48,510 nt of DNA from Candidatus Sumerlaeota bacterium. GTDB taxonomy: Bacteria; Sumerlaeota; Sumerlaeia; SLMS01. The DNA lies in contig SLOM01000064.1 of NCBI GenBank assembly GCA_007132505.1, positions 1 to 48,510 of the forward strand, written 5' to 3'. Position numbers and translations under genes: made by a program. Shown piece after piece: positions 9,525-18,112 of this stretch (positions within the stretch are counted from its first letter, which is position 1; each line of letters opens with the position of its first letter). The notes under the pieces were generated by a model that did not search any database, had not been told where the DNA came from, and saw nothing but the letters and a program-made list of their open reading frames with translations.

Positions 9525-9550
9525 AAGTTTGCGCGGTTGCGCGCAAACTT
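9525..9550. promoter_or_regulatory. 26-bp perfect palindrome upstream of pckG (candidate operator or 5'-UTR hairpin)
   Basis: AAGTTTGCGCG-gttg-CGCGCAAACTT: two 11-nt perfect inverted arms with a 4-nt spacer, located 40-65 nt upstream of the pckG ATG. Confidence 0.45.
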
Positions 9551-9957
9551 TCCGTACGAGGTTGGCCATCTTCCTCGAACGATCCCGCCGCTCTCAAGTG
9601 CTCCCGGACGCGGCGAGGCTGTGGTCGTACCAAGGCCGAGGAGAGAATGTCTGCGGTCCAGGTAATCTCGGTTTCCGGATGGGAGCAGGGGAAAACGGGG
9701 TCAGATGGCTTCGGTTGGAACCGGCTGGTGAGCCTGACGTTCAAGTGGTGGGGAGGTGTGTTGCTGATCTGTTTCAGTTCGGTGCTGCCCGCGAAGTCGC
9801 TATCCGTAAGGCCGCATCGGACTTCCTCCTTCCTGCGCAACCATTGCCCCGGCTGGCGAAGGGGACACTGAGGTCTATAGGGCGGCCGTGGCAAACCGAA
9901 ACGGAAGCTCTGTTCGATTTTTGGAGCAAGCGCTTGCCGAAAGCGGGCCGGAAGGGG

Positions 9958-10848
9958 TCAGGCGGTACCGCCGGGGGATGAATCCATGCGCCTGCCGTCC
10001 CCGGCATAGCGGAAGAACCCCTGTCCGGTGCGCGAGCCGAGGTGTCCGGCGGCAACGAGCTTCCGCAGCCCCTCGCAGGGGGCGAAGCTTCCAATTCCGG
10101 TCTCGCGGTGAAGGATTTCCAGGCCGGCAACCACCCTGTCCAGTCCGAGCCGGTCCGCCAGCTCCAGCGGCCCCATGTCCATGCCAAGCGTTAGGTGCAT
10201 TGCCCGGTTCACCTCTTCTGCAGACCCCATCCCGGTCTCGATCATTGAGGAAGCTTCATTTACGAAGGACAGAAGAGGGCGCATCGCAGAGCTGGCAGGG
10301 GATTCGGGGGTGCCGAGAACCGAAATCCGGGCGGAGGCGAGCACGCGGCGCGCAAGCTCAACCGTGGCAGGCTCGGTTTCCTTATGTCGCACCAGCTCCG
10401 CTGTGCAGCCGCGCGGGCGGGGGAAGGGGATGCTGAGGCCAAGAAGACGCCCGGGCCGATCCGCTTTCCGGGCGGGCTCCTCCGAGGGAATGGCGGTGCT
10501 GGTGATGAGGATGGCAGCGGAGATCGGAAGAATCTCCTCCAGTTCGCGGAGCACCCGCTGCTTGTGGTCTGGCTCGTCCGGCGTGCACTCGAACAGGGCA
10601 TCCACCCGGGATTCCCCAAGGTCTTCCGGCCGAGTGGCGGGCTGTATGCGGGCCAGGAAGAGTTTCTTCTCGCTGGCGGTCAGGGCCCAGCGGGCGATCT
10701 CCCGGTCCATGGCCTGTCCCACCAGCTCGACGGCGTCACGGGCCTTGTCTGCACTCGCATCAAGGAGAAGCACGTTGTGGCCGGACCCGGCAAGAAGCCG
10801 GGCGATTGCTTGGCCACGGGTGCCGGCTCCGGCGATTGCCAAGCGCAC
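9958..10848 (-). CDS. 3-hydroxyacyl-CoA dehydrogenase-family protein (atypical: catalytic His position substituted)
   Basis: Rossmann start MRLAIAGAGTRGQAIA. The C-terminal 3HCDH domain is present (GPLELADRLGLD...GHLGSRTGQGFFRY). The usual G-M-H-F-F-N-P motif reads GLSIPFP here. Confidence 0.75.
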   Translation of the reverse strand: MRLAIAGAGTRGQAIARLLAGSGHNVLLLDASADKARDAVELVGQAMDREIARWALTASEKKLFLARIQPATRPEDLGESRVDALFECTPDEPDHKQRVLRELEEILPISAAILITSTAIPSEEPARKADRPGRLLGLSIPFPRPRGCTAELVRHKETEPATVELARRVLASARISVLGTPESPASSAMRPLLSFVNEASSMIETGMGSAEEVNRAMHLTLGMDMGPLELADRLGLDRVVAGLEILHRETGIGSFAPCEGLRKLVAAGHLGSRTGQGFFRYAGDGRRMDSSPGGTA

Positions 10849-10881
10849 TGGTGGGCTTCCTCCCTTGCTGACGGGGCCGGT

Positions 10882-12636
10882 TCAGGCGCCGCCCAGGACG
10901 TCCTGGATGATCCGCCGCACGCGCGGCTCCTGAAGCAGGCGTTCCTCTGCCTCCTCGAAGGTGAACCGGCGGGTGGCGAGGAGAATCGCCATGGGGATGA
11001 TCTTCGACCGGCCGGCAGCGCGCTGGATGATCGTGCCGACCGTTGTTTCGGCCAAGTCCTGATCGGTGGGCTGCTGCTTGAAAACCGCATGGTGGAGGGC
11101 CCGGCGGGCATCGTCCTCCGAGACTCCGGCCAAGCGCGCTACAAGGCGCCGCGAGCGGTCGTACAGCTTCGAGTTGGATATGCGCAGATCAATCATCACG
11201 TTCCCGAAGACCTTGCCCGCCATGATATGGGCGCCCGTTGTGGTGGCGTTCAGGCCGAGCTTGAGAGTCAGTTCCGCCTCATTGCTCATGGTGGGCAGGC
11301 ACCCGGCACGGGGGACCTGCAGGATGCAGAGGTGGGTGAGGGTGTCGGGCAGATCGCTTGCGCGGGGCGGTTCGGTCGTGACCAGGAGCAACGCCGTCTT
11401 CGCCTTGTAAACCGCTGCTTCTTCCAGCAGCCGGGCCGTGTTGTCGCCGACCATGCCGACGGCCACGCCAATGACCAGGTCGCCCTTGGAGATCTCCGGC
11501 AGAATGTTCTGCTCAAAGTAATTGTGCGTGATGTCGTAGGCCTTGCCCTTGGCCCTCATGGCGGCAGTGCCGTAGCCGAGGAATTCCCAGCCCTCGCGGA
11601 GGTAGCCGCGCACGTCGTACAGGTCCGCACCGAAAGTGGGTGGGCATTCCGAGGCGTCAATGATGCCGAGCATGCCGGCGACGCCGCGTCCGAGGTAGTG
11701 AATCCTGCCGTCCGAGCGCAGGGCCGTGCCCGCCAGGCGGACCAGTTCGCTGAGTGCCGGCACGTTGCCATAGGCGGCTTCCACGGCTTCGCGGAAACGC
11801 GCGATCTGGTCCACAATGCGGCCTCGCAGCGCGATCAGATTGTCCTCAGAGACTTCGAAGGCGCGTTCGGAGGGGGACTTCGCTTCCTCCTGCACGATCT
11901 CCACGGCCACGAGGAACACCGTCTCCAGCACGATCTTCGTCATGCTGCCGCCCTTCATTCGGGTGGAGCCGGTAACCCCCTCCGGGCCAACGACGGGGTT
12001 GAGCAGCGTGAACCGGTCGGATTCGAGCGAGGCATCGAGGACATTCTTGACCGTCTTGTCCCATTCCTCGATAGGCGTCGGCCGGGCAAGGGACGCGGGA
12101 TTGAAGGCCAGGACGACCGCGTAGGCGGATTCGTCCTGCAGGCAAAGCTCGGTCTGCGCGGCGACATAAGGCGCGGAAAGGCCGGCTGTTATGCCGATGA
12201 ACATCTTGGTCCCCGACTTTTCCGCGGTGACCGCTTCCCAGTCCTTGGCGGCAAGCGCCACGCTGTCCTCGGCGGCTTCCTGGGCCTGGATCAGGGCGGT
12301 CTCTCCGCCGGCCATGAGGGGCTTGAAGACCTCGGGCAGGCGCTCGGCCCGCAGGATGCGGTTGAATTCGGTGGAGAGAAGGTGGGCGAACCGGCCGCTC
12401 GTCCCGGCGCCGCTCAGCAGGACAAGCGAATCCTCCTCCTTGAGGAGCCGGGAAAGGCGCCACGACACAAGCGCCATCGCCTCCAGCGTCTCCTCGTCCA
12501 GCAGGCCCGGCCAAGTGTCGAAGCCGGCGAACATCTGCGAGTCGGACTGGCGGAGCAGGCGGACAATGCCGACGGGATCTGCGATGTCCAGGTTTTCAGT
12601 CAGGCAGTTGCGCGTTTCCGTAATCGGAGCGTTCAT
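10882..12636 (-). CDS. two-SIS-domain GKRP/MurQ-family protein (glucokinase-regulatory-protein-like / N-acetylmuramate-6-phosphate-etherase-like)
   Basis: 584 aa. The N-terminus ITETRNCLTENLDIADPVGIVRLL is MurQ/GKRP-like. First SIS: LSGAGTSGRF...AGGETAL...AEDS. Second SIS: GIIDASECPPTFGADLYDVRGYL. C-terminal part: TTGAHIMAGKVFGNVMIDLRISNSKLYDRS. Confidence 0.8.
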   Translation of the reverse strand: MNAPITETRNCLTENLDIADPVGIVRLLRQSDSQMFAGFDTWPGLLDEETLEAMALVSWRLSRLLKEEDSLVLLSGAGTSGRFAHLLSTEFNRILRAERLPEVFKPLMAGGETALIQAQEAAEDSVALAAKDWEAVTAEKSGTKMFIGITAGLSAPYVAAQTELCLQDESAYAVVLAFNPASLARPTPIEEWDKTVKNVLDASLESDRFTLLNPVVGPEGVTGSTRMKGGSMTKIVLETVFLVAVEIVQEEAKSPSERAFEVSEDNLIALRGRIVDQIARFREAVEAAYGNVPALSELVRLAGTALRSDGRIHYLGRGVAGMLGIIDASECPPTFGADLYDVRGYLREGWEFLGYGTAAMRAKGKAYDITHNYFEQNILPEISKGDLVIGVAVGMVGDNTARLLEEAAVYKAKTALLLVTTEPPRASDLPDTLTHLCILQVPRAGCLPTMSNEAELTLKLGLNATTTGAHIMAGKVFGNVMIDLRISNSKLYDRSRRLVARLAGVSEDDARRALHHAVFKQQPTDQDLAETTVGTIIQRAAGRSKIIPMAILLATRRFTFEEAEERLLQEPRVRRIIQDVLGGA

Positions 12637-12846
12637 GCAGTCATAATCCCTTTGCCGGAAGCGGCGATGCCGCCGCCGTGGCGTGTTTCACGCGGGGGGC
12701 TTTTTCTCCGTGGGCGAAACATGGAACGGAGGCCCGCCTGCCGCGGTCAAACGGAAAGCAAAGCGCCCGCTCCGCTGTGGGGCAGGGCAGGCGCGGGGGA
12801 GGGGCGATGGAAGCCGCGATGGCAAGGTTCTGCGACCGTGCCCGGG

Positions 12847-13302
12847 CTACTGGCTGCCGGATGGGGAGGATTCGGCCGGCTCGGACGGTTCCCGGCGGGT
12901 TTCCTGGGCGGGGGTGGCTTCGGGTTCCTCCTCCGTCTCTTCCACTGGACGGTCCAGAAACTCGATGATGGCCATCTCGGCCGCATCGCCGGGCCGCTGG
13001 CGCGAGCGAATGACCCGGGTGTATCCCCCGTCCCGCTCAGCGTAGCGCGGACCGAGCTCCTCGAAGACCTTATGCACCGCTGTCTTGTTCTGGAGCTTCT
13101 GGAAGGCCTGACGCCGGTGGTGAAGGGTTCCCTTCTTTCCGAGCGTGATGACGTTCTCCACGAAGGGGCGGAGCGTCTTGGCCTTGGTGGCGGTGGTCTC
13201 GATGCGCTCGTGCTCGATGAGGGCCGCCGCCAGGTTGCGGAGCGTGGCGGTCCGGTGGCCGGTCGGGCGGTTGAGCCGGGTGTGGTGCTTGCGGTGTCTC
13301 AC
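12847..13302 (-). CDS. rplQ: 50S ribosomal protein L17 (with acidic C-terminal extension)
   Basis: Begins MRHRKHHTRLNRPTGHRTATLRNLAAALIEHERIETT. It is the last gene of the alpha operon. Confidence 0.97.
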   Translation of the reverse strand: MRHRKHHTRLNRPTGHRTATLRNLAAALIEHERIETTATKAKTLRPFVENVITLGKKGTLHHRRQAFQKLQNKTAVHKVFEELGPRYAERDGGYTRVIRSRQRPGDAAEMAIIEFLDRPVEETEEEPEATPAQETRREPSEPAESSPSGSQ

Positions 13303-13371
13303 GGTTGGTAACTCTTTCCTTGGGTGTCGTGCGTTTTGGGAGGTGGAGGCGTGAGCCGGTGGGGGGATCGC

Positions 13372-14400
13372 CTACCGGTCCTTGTCCTCGGAGCTGGGGA
13401 TGGGCATGCCGCGTTCGTCCAGTTCCATGTTGAAGCCGAGGCCCATTTCCTTGAGCACGGCCTTGATTTCCGAGAGCGACTTGCGGCCGAAGTTCCGGTA
13501 CTTGAGCATTTCCGTTTCCGACTTCTGGACGAGGTCGCGGATCGTCTTGATGCTTGCTGCCTCAAGGCAGTTGAACGACCGGACGGAGAGTTCCAGTTCC
13601 TCGATGGAACGGTCGAGCGTGCGCTGGATGTCGCTTTCGCTGGCGCCCTCGACGCCTTCCTGCTCGGCGCCTGCCGTGGTGTCGGCCTGCTGGTCCTCCG
13701 CGCGGATGAAAAGGTCCAAGTGGTCGCGCAGGATCTTGGCGGCGTAGCTCACCGCCTCCTCCGGCCGGACGGAGCCGTTGGTCGTGACCTCGAGCGTCAG
13801 CCGGTCGTAGTCGGTGCGCTGGCCCACGCGCGCGTCGCTGACCTTGTAGGCCACCTGGCGCACCGGCGAGAAGACCGCATCAATGGGGATGACGCCGATG
13901 TCGTCCTCGTCTTCCATGGGCGGATAGATGGCCGGCTGATAGCCGCGGCCCTGGGCCACGAGCACTTCCATGGCCAGGGAGCCGGATTCGGAGAGCGTGG
14001 CGATCGGCTGGTCGGGGTTCAGGACGGTGATGTGCTCGGGGACTTCGAAATCTCCGGCGGTGACCACGCCGGGTCCGTCCTTCTCCAGCGAGATGGTGGC
14101 GCGACCGTGCACACCCTCCATCTTGAAGACGACCTGCTTGAGGTTCAGGATGACATCCGCAACGTCCTCCATGGCACCGGGGATGCCACTGAACTCATGC
14201 CGGATGCCTTCAATGCGCACGCTTGTGGCGGCTGCGCCCTGAATGGAGGAGAGCAGGATGCGGCGGAGCGAGTTGCCGATGGTGTTGCCGAAGCCGCGCT
14301 CGAACGGTTCCGCGTGAAAGCGGCCAAAGGTGTCGGAGAGGGTGACAGGGTCGGCCTCGAGCCTTCCGGGGCGGATGAGCGGCTTAAGTTCCAGCTCCAT
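13372..14400 (-). CDS. rpoA: DNA-directed RNA polymerase subunit alpha
   Basis: 342 aa with the NTD motif GNTIGNSLRRILLSSIQGAA and the CTD motif LELSVRSFNCLEAASIKTIRDL. Position between rpsD and rplQ fits. Confidence 0.98.
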   Translation of the reverse strand: MELELKPLIRPGRLEADPVTLSDTFGRFHAEPFERGFGNTIGNSLRRILLSSIQGAAATSVRIEGIRHEFSGIPGAMEDVADVILNLKQVVFKMEGVHGRATISLEKDGPGVVTAGDFEVPEHITVLNPDQPIATLSESGSLAMEVLVAQGRGYQPAIYPPMEDEDDIGVIPIDAVFSPVRQVAYKVSDARVGQRTDYDRLTLEVTTNGSVRPEEAVSYAAKILRDHLDLFIRAEDQQADTTAGAEQEGVEGASESDIQRTLDRSIEELELSVRSFNCLEAASIKTIRDLVQKSETEMLKYRNFGRKSLSEIKAVLKEMGLGFNMELDERGMPIPSSEDKDR

Positions 14401-14483
14401 AAGTGGGCAAATCTCCTTGCGAGGGTCGGAAAGCGGTGTGGCGTTGCGTGGCGGCGCGGAGGAAGGGTCCCCCGCAGGCCGGA

Positions 14484-15131
14484 TCAGCGTGAGTAGAGCT
14501 CGACGACGAGCTGCTCCTTCACGTCTATGTCGTCCAGGTCCTCGCGTGAGGGCACCTGGAGGAAGCGGGCCTTCATGCTTTCCTTGTCGAACTCGATGAA
14601 GGGTTTGTGCCCGCCGCGGCGCGTGAGGATGTCCAGCGAGTCGTTCACCACCTGCATGAGCTTGGCGTTCTTGACTGCCTTCTCGCTCAGGGTGACCTCG
14701 TCGCCGGGCTTCACGCGGTAGGAGGGAATGTTCACCTTCTTCCCGTTCACCATGATGTGGTTGTGGCCGACGAGCTGGCGTGCCTGCCGGCGTGTGGAGG
14801 CGAACCCGGCGCGGTAGACGACGTTGTCCAAGCGGGATTCAAGAAGCTGAAGCAGCACGGTGCCGGTGACGCCCTTGTAGCGGTCCGCGGTGGCGAAGTA
14901 GCGGCGGAACTGGCGTTCGAGGACGCCGTAGGTCCACTTGAGTGTCTGCTTTTCGCGCAGCTGGATGCCGTAGGTGGAGAGCTTGACGCGTCGGCCCTGG
15001 CCGTGCTCTCCGGGAGGATAGTTGCGCCTCTCGATGGCGGTCTTGCCGTTGAGTTCGCGCTCCCCCTTGAGGTGAAGCTTCTTGCCGAGGCGCCTTTCAA
15101 GACGGCAGACAGGGCCGATATAGCGAGCCAC
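14484..15131 (-). CDS. rpsD: 30S ribosomal protein S4
   Basis: Begins MARYIGPVCRLERRLGKKLHLKGER. An S4 RNA-binding domain follows. Confidence 0.97.
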   Translation of the reverse strand: MARYIGPVCRLERRLGKKLHLKGERELNGKTAIERRNYPPGEHGQGRRVKLSTYGIQLREKQTLKWTYGVLERQFRRYFATADRYKGVTGTVLLQLLESRLDNVVYRAGFASTRRQARQLVGHNHIMVNGKKVNIPSYRVKPGDEVTLSEKAVKNAKLMQVVNDSLDILTRRGGHKPFIEFDKESMKARFLQVPSREDLDDIDVKEQLVVELYSR

Positions 15132-15178
15132 GTTGGGTATTCCTCCTGAGGTTCGGTCGGGGTTTTCGGTTGCGGGTC

Positions 15179-15574
15179 TCAGACGCGCCGGCGCTTGGGC
15201 GGCCGGCAGCCGTTGTGCGGAAGGGGCGTTACGTCACGGATCGTGTTGACGGTGATCCCGGCGGCCTGGAGCGCCCGCACGGAGCTTTCGCGGCCGGGGC
15301 CGGGGCCCTTGATGAGCACGTCCACACTCTTCACGCCATGATCCTGTGCCTGACGGGTGGCGCGCTCGGCGGCCTGCCCGGCGGCGAAGGGGGTGGACTT
15401 GCGCGATCCCTTGAATCCGGCAGAGCCCGCCGACGACCAGCTGATCGTGTTCCCCGCGTGGTCCGCGAAGGTCACGATGGTGTTGTTGAACGTGGCGTGC
15501 ACGTGCACGATGGCATGCGCGATGTTCTTGCGGGCTTTTCTCTTCGTGGTGGCCTTGGCCGCCTTCTTTGCCAT
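15179..15574 (-). CDS. rpsK: 30S ribosomal protein S11
   Basis: Contains [27 protein letters not shown] and the tail [11 protein letters not shown]. Confidence 0.97.
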   Translation of the reverse strand: MAKKAAKATTKRKARKNIAHAIVHVHATFNNTIVTFADHAGNTISWSSAGSAGFKGSRKSTPFAAGQAAERATRQAQDHGVKSVDVLIKGPGPGRESSVRALQAAGITVNTIRDVTPLPHNGCRPPKRRRV

Positions 15575-15661
15575 GCGGAACGTCTCTCCTTCGTGTCGTA
15601 TCTTCCTGCCGGCGGTTTGCCGCGGTTGCGGGGTGCCGCGCCAGCGGTCGAGTGGTGAGGG

Positions 15662-16033
15662 TTACTTCTTGCGGCCGCCGCCGACTGTCTTCGGGGCGCC
15701 CTTACGTGTGCGAGCGTTGGTGCTGGTGCGCTGTCCCCGCACGGGGAGTCCCCGGCGGTGGCGCAGCCCGCGGTAGCATCCGATGTCCATCAGGCGCTTG
15801 ATGTTCTGGCCGGTGAGGCGGCGCAGGTCGCCCTCCACCTTGTACTTGCCGGCGATGATGGAGGAGATGCGGGTGATGTCCTCCTCGCTGAGGTCCTTGG
15901 TGCGTGTGGTGGGGTCCACGCCTGCCTCGCGCAGTATCTGGCGGGAGCTGGACGGCCCGATGCCGTAGATGTAGGGAAGGGCAAACTCGATGCGCTTTTC
16001 CCGTGGGAGGTCAATGCCGGCTATGCGTGCCAC
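15662..16033 (-). CDS. rpsM: 30S ribosomal protein S13
   Basis: Begins [26 protein letters not shown]. Confidence 0.97.
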   Translation of the reverse strand: MARIAGIDLPREKRIEFALPYIYGIGPSSSRQILREAGVDPTTRTKDLSEEDITRISSIIAGKYKVEGDLRRLTGQNIKRLMDIGCYRGLRHRRGLPVRGQRTSTNARTRKGAPKTVGGGRKK

Positions 16034-16048
16034 TTGTTGTGTACTCCT

Positions 16049-16162
16049 TTATCCTTGGCGCTGCTTGTGGCGCGGGTTGTCACAGATGACGCGGATCACG
16101 CCCTTGCGGCGGATGATCCGGCACTTGTTGCAGATTTTCCTTACCGACGCGCGTACTTTCAT
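16049..16162 (-). CDS. rpmJ: 50S ribosomal protein L36
   Basis: Translated by hand because it is below the ORF-track size cut-off: [37 protein letters not shown]. Sits in the canonical slot between infA and rpsM. Confidence 0.95.
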   Translation of the reverse strand: MKVRASVRKICNKCRIIRRKGVIRVICDNPRHKQRQG

Positions 16163-16216
16163 GAGCCTTGTTCTCCTGGGCCGGAGGGTGCCGGGCGCCC
16201 CGGCGCCCCGTCTTTC

Positions 16217-16435
16217 CTATTTCTTGCGGTAGGTGATGCGGCCGCGGGTCAGGTCGTAGGGCGACAGTTCCACCGACACGTTATCGCCGGGCAGGATACG
16301 GATGAAGTGCATCCGCATCTTTCCGGAGATATGAGCCAGGACCTCCATGCCGTTTTGCAGCTCCACGCGGAACATGGCGTTGGGGAGCTTTTCCACGACG
16401 ACGCCCTCGACTTCGATTCCCTTTTCCTTGGCCAT
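16217..16435 (-). CDS. infA: translation initiation factor IF-1
   Basis: 72 aa: [72 protein letters not shown]. Start trimmed from the ORF-track 16543. Confidence 0.97.
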   Translation of the reverse strand: MAKEKGIEVEGVVVEKLPNAMFRVELQNGMEVLAHISGKMRMHFIRILPGDNVSVELSPYDLTRGRITYRKK

Positions 16436-16571
16436 AACCTCTTTCGTGCTTGGTCGGTTGGCGGCACGAACCCCCCTTCGGTTCGCGACCGCAATTAACA
16501 ATCCTGCACGCCGGCGGTGTCGGCGGTCAAGCGCAATCCCCACTCAGGCGGCGGCGCTAACCTTCCTCATC

Positions 16572-17372
16572 TCAGTGGTCTTCGGCCGAGGTCAGGATTT
16601 CCGTGCCCTCCTGCCCGATTGCCACTGTGTGTTCGAAGTGTGCCGACAGCGACCCGTCCGCCGTCACGACGGTCCAGCCGTCCGCCAGCTCCTTCGTCCG
16701 TCCGCTGCCGATGTTCACCATCGGCTCGATGGCCAGAGTCAGCCCCTGACCCATCCGCTTCCCCCGGCGCGTGCCGGTGTTGTAGACTTTCGGGTCCTCG
16801 TGGCACCGCCGCCCGATGCCGTGTCCGGTGTATTCCTCCACGACGGAGAACCCGGCCCGGGTGACGTGCTCCTCGATGGCCCTTCCGATGTCCCCCACTC
16901 GTCCGGCGTAGCGCGCCGCGTCAATCCCCCGGAAGAGGGCCTCCTCGCCGACCTGCAGCAGCCGTTCCGCCTCGGGGTCGAGCTTTCCCACGCCGACGGT
17001 CCAGGCGTGGTCGGCGAAAAAACCGTCCAAAATCAGCCCGCAATCAATCGAGACGATGTCGCCGCTCTTGAGCCGGCGCTTGTCCGGGATGCCGTGCACC
17101 ACCTGTTCGTTCACGGAGATGCAGAGCGTGTTCGGGAAGTTGTACAGCCCGAGGAACCCGGGGATGGCACCGGCCTCGCGGATGCGGCGGTAGGCGAGCT
17201 TGTCGAGTTCGATGGTCGTCACGCCTTCGTCCACGTTTTCCAGCACTTCCCGTATGATGCGGCCCAGCAGGTGCCCGGCGCGGCGCATGACCGCGACCTC
17301 GTCCGCGCTCTTGAGGTATATCCGGTCCTCCTGGGCTTCTTCGGAGACCGGGTTGTTTGCGGCGGCGGACAC
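16572..17372 (-). CDS. map: type I methionine aminopeptidase
   Basis: Metal-ligand motifs are present (VVHGIP, DIVSIDCG, GHGIG, LAIEPM, FEHTV). There is no in-frame ATG upstream of the domain. A GTG at 17372 lies 13 nt after the adk stop and gives a 266-aa product. The start choice is an inference. Confidence 0.88.
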   Translation of the reverse strand: MSAAANNPVSEEAQEDRIYLKSADEVAVMRRAGHLLGRIIREVLENVDEGVTTIELDKLAYRRIREAGAIPGFLGLYNFPNTLCISVNEQVVHGIPDKRRLKSGDIVSIDCGLILDGFFADHAWTVGVGKLDPEAERLLQVGEEALFRGIDAARYAGRVGDIGRAIEEHVTRAGFSVVEEYTGHGIGRRCHEDPKVYNTGTRRGKRMGQGLTLAIEPMVNIGSGRTKELADGWTVVTADGSLSAHFEHTVAIGQEGTEILTSAEDH

Positions 17373-17385
17373 GTTTCCCTGATCC

Positions 17386-18039
17386 TCAGCGATTCTCTTC
17401 GATGATGGAGGTGATCTTTTCGAACACTTGATCGGAGTCTCCAGCGGCGTCCAGCGTGTGAAGGCGTCCCAGTTCGCCGTAGTAGTCCAGCACGGGGGCG
17501 CTTTCCTCCTTATAAACGCGCAGCCTTTCGCGCACGGTATCCGGCTCGTCATCGGCGCGCTTGATGAGAGGGCCGGAGCACTCGTCACAAACGCCAGCCT
17601 GGCGCGTGGGCTGGAAGTGGATGTTGTAGGTGGCCTTGCACTGCCCGCAGATGCGCCGGCCTGTCAGGCGGAGCAGAAGGTTTTCCTCCGGCACGTCCAA
17701 GTTCATGACCGAGGGGTGGGAGAGTGAGAATTCCCCGCAGATGGTGTCGAGCTGCCTGGCCTGCTCGATGTTGCGCGGGTAGCCGTCGAAGAGGAAGCCG
17801 TCGCTCTCGCCCCGCTTTTGGCCGATGATCTCGCGCAGCACTCCGTTCACGATCTCGTCGCTGACCAATTCACCCTTTTCCATGACAGCCTTGGCCCGCA
17901 GTCCCACTTCCGTTCGGTTGCGAATCGCCTGACGCAGGGCGTCACCGGTGGAGAGGTGCGTCATGCCGTAGTGGCGTGCGATGCGTTCGGACTGGGTGCC
18001 CTTCCCGGAGCCCGGTGGGCCGAATATGACGAGGTTCAC
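17386..18039 (-). CDS. adk: adenylate kinase (Zn-lid type)
   Basis: Begins MNLVIFGPPGSGKGTQ. The lid carries CGQC...CDEC. Confidence 0.97.
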   Translation of the reverse strand: MNLVIFGPPGSGKGTQSERIARHYGMTHLSTGDALRQAIRNRTEVGLRAKAVMEKGELVSDEIVNGVLREIIGQKRGESDGFLFDGYPRNIEQARQLDTICGEFSLSHPSVMNLDVPEENLLLRLTGRRICGQCKATYNIHFQPTRQAGVCDECSGPLIKRADDEPDTVRERLRVYKEESAPVLDYYGELGRLHTLDAAGDSDQVFEKITSIIEENR

Positions 18040-18112
18040 CAGCTCCTCCCGCCAAGGGTCACGCGGCTGCCCGGTCCCGCCTGGGCGGCAGGTGAATCTT
18101 TGTCCGGCCGGC

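Noticed and set aside
10384-13311. 975-aa ORF on the + strand spanning the GKRP-like gene and rplQ
   Set aside because: It is the mirror frame of strongly supported minus-strand genes. The product is Gly/Arg/Ala/Pro-rich with no motifs. Long stop-free antisense frames are expected at this GC content.
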